From Magnetococcales bacterium (GTDB lineage Bacteria; Pseudomonadota; Magnetococcia; Magnetococcales; UBA8363), in assembly GCA_015228925.1 (NCBI GenBank), contig JADGCQ010000008.1, positions 2,249-66,248 on the forward strand: DNA of 64,000 nucleotides, in the 5' to 3' direction. This document shows positions 59,570 through 64,000 of the stretch, one piece after another (position 1 is the stretch's first letter; every line of letters starts with the position of its first letter). The position numbers and the translations under genes are program-made. Under the pieces are notes generated by a model that was given only the letters and a program-made list of their open reading frames with translations, ran no database searches and was not told where the DNA came from.

Positions 59570-62500
59570 TCATTTAACCAAAGGTTTGGCTTGCAACGCC
59601 ATCATAATCGTTTCATAACCTGTGGTCAACTCTGAGGGAACTTCCAGGGGTTTCCAACGCCCTTCCATCCTTTGAAGGGCTTGCCGGTTCAGCGTAAAAT
59701 AATCGCCTAAATATTGTCCCTGCTGAAAATGTTGTCTGGCTTGCGATAATTTTCCATGGCGTTGATTGGCCAAGCCCAGAAGAAGATGGATCACCGCCAT
59801 ATCCCGATGGGCATCACGGGGGGCCTGTTTTTCCACCTCGGAAAAGTCGGTCTCAATATGGTTGGGATCCAATAACATTTTGCGAATCACCCGATGGCCC
59901 GGACCAAAATTGGCATCATCCGGGTTATACGCCCGCTCGATACTCTCCCGCTTGATCACCTCCGGCGTCCCCAACAACAACGCCGAATAAATCCCAAACT
60001 TTTCCAACCAACGGGGATTCATCACCGAAGGTTCCAAAAATTCCTCAATCGCCAACGAAGATGCCGTCCATTTGAATAGGGTCTCAAATTGTCCCGCCTC
60101 CCAAAAACTGATCTGAAACATCAAGTGCAACATCGTCTGGTCCGGCATCTCCCGCAAACCATCCAGCACAACCCGCATATGGTCGAATAACGCTTGACTA
60201 TCCCCCCCATTTTCCCACTTGCTGTGAAACACATTGGCACTCGCGGTGACATGATTCAACCGCGATAATTTTTGAAATTCCTCTTTTCCCGATTGTTCCG
60301 CCAAGTGTGATTCCCACGCCGATTTTTCATTCACCTGCTCCAACGCCTCCGCCACCAACCCCATCCCCTGCAACGCCTGCGAATAATTGTCAATCAATAC
60401 CGTATCCCACGGGCGCAACCGAACCGCCTCCTTCAACAACAACGCCCCCGTCTCTCCCAAGCCATTGTCCTTCATCACCTTCGCCCGCTGCACCATCTCA
60501 TCCACGCTCAACGTCCCCAAGTCGGGATGAACCCCCGTGATGTCGGGCAATTTTACATCCTTCAAACCATCGATAAAAATCACCCCCTGAGGCGTCCCCA
60601 AGGCCAAGGTATCCTCACCCTCATCATAGGCCTGACTCAAGATCGGGGTCGTCAAAGGTAACGTGCGATAATTGGCATGGGAATCTTCCAAACCGTGAAT
60701 CGTCAACGATCCCCCCGCATCCCCAGCCAGCAACAAAACCCCCGCCTCGGAATCCTTCCACGCCATCAACGTCGTCGCCGATGAAACCCCATTCTCAATG
60801 ACTTTTTCCACCTTCCAGGTGTTGGTGTTCAACAGCGCAATCTGACCGCTCGCCAACGCCAAAGCGACCCGATTCCCCCCCGGAATCGAGGTCATGTCCA
60901 GGACAATCCCCCCCGGCAACGCCGTCTCGCTGATGATTTTGCGGGTGTTTAAATCAAACTGAATCACCTTCCCTTCCGCCGCTCCTTGCCAGCGAACATT
61001 AACGGCAATCAGAATGCGCCCCGGTGTCGGCAACACAATAAAATTATTAATCTCTCCGGTCACCAGCCACTGGGCATTGTCATGATTTTCCGCCAACAGA
61101 AAATAAGGGGTCAAACCGTTCTCCCCCAGCCGATAAATGCCGCTCCCCTTTTGGCCAAATCGCTGGGATACCACCACAAAATCGGGGGAAACAAAGCCAA
61201 TGAAATGGATGGAATCCCCCAAGGATTGCGCCGTCAATACTTGGTTTTTCTCCGGGTGTCCCGGGACAACCCGTTTCACCTGCCCATCCGCCGTCCCCAC
61301 CAAAAACTGACCATCCGGCAGCACCGCCGCTACCGTCGCCCCCTCCGAACCCGCAACCATTTCCGGCAAACTCGCCTCATCGGCAAACCGTTGCAAGATC
61401 CCATACCCCTTGGCCAAACATTGATGGTCCGCCAATAAGGAAGGGCCAACCATGGCAAAGGTTTGAATCATCCGCGCCTGATTCACCGTGATGCGCTCGG
61501 TCGGACCCTGCAACGCCCCACACACCATGGCATACCATGCGTCCCCCTCCTTCCCCTTCCACAACTGCCGCACCGGCAATACCGTGGGGATAAAATGCCG
61601 ATCTTCCACCGGCAAGATCTCATACACCGCCCCCTGGACAATCAAACCAAACAGATGCCCCTCATCCGAATAAGCCACCTGACTGAACCGCTCCGGGGCT
61701 TCATAAACCATGGTTTCCCGCCCACTGGCCAGTTCCCACTCCACCAAACCCGGTTTACGGTTGGTATCGGGCGGCCAAACCACTGCCACCGCCAAACGGT
61801 TGTCATCGGGAGAAAAAGCCAGGTCAAAAAGCCCCCCTTCCAATTTTTTATCCCATAAATACCGCCCATCCGCGACCCCCACCATCCCCACATGACCATC
61901 ATGGGTGTACCAAGCGACCCAATCCCCCCCATGGGACATCCTGAACTCCGCCGGACGATCATGAATCGGTTGTTGCCAAACCATCCGATCCCCCGGCAAA
62001 TCCCACCGGGTCACCATCCCTGGCCCATAGGCCCAAAAAATAGAATTTCCATCATTTGTTATCGCAACTGAGGCCGACCCCTGTTTTCCGGCTGGGGTTT
62101 TATTCCCCCGCCACACCACCGTCAACGCCCCACCCTGGGCCACATCGTACACCATGATCGAACCATCCTCACACCCCAGCACCAGCCGGTCCCGATCCCG
62201 CGCCTTGGCCATCCAAGAACAAGATTGCCCATGATCCGCCAACACGGTAAACCGCATTTCACCCAACGCAAAGCGGAGCAAACGACCCCGTTTCTGTCCA
62301 AGAATGAATACCGTTTCGCCATCGGTCGCCATCGCCGAAGTCAAGCTCAACCCCGCATCATGATCGGCTTGGCGAATGGACCCATTCCCCTCATAAACCA
62401 CCACCTTGTCTTCCGCCACCACCACCAGACGACCATCACCCAAGACGTGCAACCCTTTGCCGATCAAGGGCCGTTTCAGGTTATAAACCTGCTCGGACGG

Positions 62501-63385
62501 CAAGTGTCCCAGGGTGTCCCACAACCCCGTCCGCGTCAGCCAGTCGGGGTGAATGCCATAGGCATCAAACCCTTTTTTCACCCCGTTGCGAATGCGTCCT
62601 TGGGAAACCTCCAGATGCGCCGTTTGCGTCCATGACTCTGCTAGGTTTTTGTGTGCCTGTTCCAAATTATGGACCGCCTGCCCCTTTTGATACCACGCAA
62701 AGAGACCCAAACCCGTCATGATCACCGCAATCATGACCGACAGCGTGATAGCCGCCTGCATGATTTGGCGGCTACGGCGTTGCTGAAATAGAATCAATCG
62801 CTCCGGGGCCACCCGCAACAAGCTACTCGCCACCCGTGCCAGTTCCGTCCCCCACGCTGTCCCTTGGTTCCAACGAAAGTCGGCCCAGGCCGGTTCATCC
62901 TCCAATTGATTGATCGTCTCCCCCTGGAAATCGATCCGATAACGCAACGCCCGTGGCAGACATTGATCGGGTGCGGGGATCGTTTCCAATGTCTCCCCGC
63001 TGCCCGAAGTGAGCAGAGGTGTCCCTTTGAAAAGACAAAAAATAATGTTTTCCGCCCCACGATGCTGTTTAAAATAACGGATTTCCTGATCGACCCACTC
63101 CGACCGGGCAGCATGGGGGGTGCAGATGACAATCAAAAATTCCGATTGGCGCAGACTTTCTTTAATTTTTTCTGACAAACTTGGGATGGTGCCGATGGCC
63201 GCTTCGTCAATAAACAGCCTGTCATCGGTAATCTGCTCCTTGAACAAAGTCGCCAACTGTATGTCATCCTTGGGCATTTTCATACGCGAAAGAAAATAAC
63301 GAAACCATTGGGCACGCCGTTTATCTTTACGACTGTAGGAAATGAACGCTTTATAGGGAAAAGCGGATAGAGCCATGACGACCAA
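59570..63385 (-). CDS. TIR domain, single TM helix, WD40-like beta-propeller region and TPR-like helical C-terminus
   Basis: AFISYS TIR with SEWVDQEI; TM AAITLSVMIAVIMTGLGLFAWY; blades such as LAFSPDDNRLAV, LVLGCEDGSIMVYD, LLAGDAGGSLTIH; TPR-like VIHLLLGLANQRHGKLSQARQHFQQG. Confidence 0.85.
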   Translation of the reverse strand: MVVMALSAFPYKAFISYSRKDKRRAQWFRYFLSRMKMPKDDIQLATLFKEQITDDRLFIDEAAIGTIPSLSEKIKESLRQSEFLIVICTPHAARSEWVDQEIRYFKQHRGAENIIFCLFKGTPLLTSGSGETLETIPAPDQCLPRALRYRIDFQGETINQLEDEPAWADFRWNQGTAWGTELARVASSLLRVAPERLILFQQRRSRQIMQAAITLSVMIAVIMTGLGLFAWYQKGQAVHNLEQAHKNLAESWTQTAHLEVSQGRIRNGVKKGFDAYGIHPDWLTRTGLWDTLGHLPSEQVYNLKRPLIGKGLHVLGDGRLVVVAEDKVVVYEGNGSIRQADHDAGLSLTSAMATDGETVFILGQKRGRLLRFALGEMRFTVLADHGQSCSWMAKARDRDRLVLGCEDGSIMVYDVAQGGALTVVWRGNKTPAGKQGSASVAITNDGNSIFWAYGPGMVTRWDLPGDRMVWQQPIHDRPAEFRMSHGGDWVAWYTHDGHVGMVGVADGRYLWDKKLEGGLFDLAFSPDDNRLAVAVVWPPDTNRKPGLVEWELASGRETMVYEAPERFSQVAYSDEGHLFGLIVQGAVYEILPVEDRHFIPTVLPVRQLWKGKEGDAWYAMVCGALQGPTERITVNQARMIQTFAMVGPSLLADHQCLAKGYGILQRFADEASLPEMVAGSEGATVAAVLPDGQFLVGTADGQVKRVVPGHPEKNQVLTAQSLGDSIHFIGFVSPDFVVVSQRFGQKGSGIYRLGENGLTPYFLLAENHDNAQWLVTGEINNFIVLPTPGRILIAVNVRWQGAAEGKVIQFDLNTRKIISETALPGGIVLDMTSIPGGNRVALALASGQIALLNTNTWKVEKVIENGVSSATTLMAWKDSEAGVLLLAGDAGGSLTIHGLEDSHANYRTLPLTTPILSQAYDEGEDTLALGTPQGVIFIDGLKDVKLPDITGVHPDLGTLSVDEMVQRAKVMKDNGLGETGALLLKEAVRLRPWDTVLIDNYSQALQGMGLVAEALEQVNEKSAWESHLAEQSGKEEFQKLSRLNHVTASANVFHSKWENGGDSQALFDHMRVVLDGLREMPDQTMLHLMFQISFWEAGQFETLFKWTASSLAIEEFLEPSVMNPRWLEKFGIYSALLLGTPEVIKRESIERAYNPDDANFGPGHRVIRKMLLDPNHIETDFSEVEKQAPRDAHRDMAVIHLLLGLANQRHGKLSQARQHFQQGQYLGDYFTLNRQALQRMEGRWKPLEVPSELTTGYETIMMALQAKPLVK

Positions 63386-63507
63386 TCCTTAGGGCAATGC
63401 GGCAGATGTTGCAGATGGATGTGTTGCGTTAACGCGGTGCAGGATAAACGAAACAGGGGATGGTTACAACATGCAGTGGGTTTTTGCCGATGGAAAACCG
63501 CGCGGTT

Positions 63508-64000
63508 CTAGCGTACTACCGAAAGTTCAATATTATCGAAAGCGACCTCACCATTGCGGTTGATCAGGGCCAAACCATCAAAGCCGTCGCCGATAGAAAC
63601 ATCGCGTCCTTGCAGCAAGGGGTGCCCATCCAGGCTGACGGTCATGTTACCATTATCGGTCCGTTTCCATAGAAGTTCATGGTTGAATCCATCACCCAGA
63701 CCATTCCCCGGTAGAACCGCAATCGACTGCCGTTGATGGTGGTCGTTGGTGCGGATCAATTCTGCCGTTTTGTTACGGTTGGGATCGGCATTGAGGAGCA
63801 GTTGGTACCCCGAACCAACATCCTCGCCCATGAACAGACCCAATCCCGCCTCTCCCTGGGTCGAATCCAAGCGGATCGTAAAACGGACCTGAAAGGCGTT
63901 ATCGACCGCCACCGGAACATGGATGATGGCTGTCCCCTTTTCCACCCCCCTCCCCTTGGCCGATCCTCCCCCTGGGGTCGTCTGCCGATTCAGCATCCCC
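63508..64000 (-). CDS. beta-sandwich (concanavalin/DUF1080-like) domain protein, probably truncated by the window edge
   Basis: Beta-rich pattern GYQLLL, FNHELLW, MTVSLDG, VAFDNIELS; ORF runs to within 4 nt of the window end. Confidence 0.55.
   Translation of the reverse strand, partial: GMLNRQTTPGGGSAKGRGVEKGTAIIHVPVAVDNAFQVRFTIRLDSTQGEAGLGLFMGEDVGSGYQLLLNADPNRNKTAELIRTNDHHQRQSIAVLPGNGLGDGFNHELLWKRTDNGNMTVSLDGHPLLQGRDVSIGDGFDGLALINRNGEVAFDNIELSVVR

Noticed and set aside
53900-63385. Analogy to animal TLR5/NLRC4 flagellin sensing because flagellin abuts the TIR genes
   Set aside because: The genes are convergent and adjacency is the only evidence; sensing self flagellin is implausible without further data

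Overview
Chromosomal window from a proteobacterium. Gene content and the style of the orphan genes suggest a Magnetococcales-like lineage, but this is inference only. Most of the window is housekeeping: ilvE, ettA, metG, the fabD-fabG-acpP-fabF-mltG-tmk-holB-PSP1-tatD operon, exbBD, tRNA-Gly/Cys/Gly, pgsA-uvrC-lgt-pheA, rsmJ-hrpA and mnmA. It also holds an XrtA/PEP-CTERM-type exopolysaccharide cluster, a BrnTA toxin-antitoxin pair, a very large flagellin and two copies of a REPIN/MITE-like element. Two regions stand out. (1) The ~1.1 kb gene-free gap at 11947-13051 appears to be the replication terminus. It holds a canonical dif site (12210-12237) and a second XerCD-like site in inverted orientation only 30 bp away (12152-12179); a triple overlapping KOPS in the adjacent gene points at them. 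The gap also has two clusters of a 27-bp dyad box (GAAAC-N17-RTTTC) with near-identical internal spacing, offset by about 525 bp. (2) A co-oriented pair of TIR proteins from the same TIR subfamily: TIR-TM-WD40-TPR, and TIR-NACHT with a 22-unit, binary-varying tetrapeptide repeat. This is a candidate receptor plus NLR immune module. All calls are from reading the sequence by eye; no database search was run.
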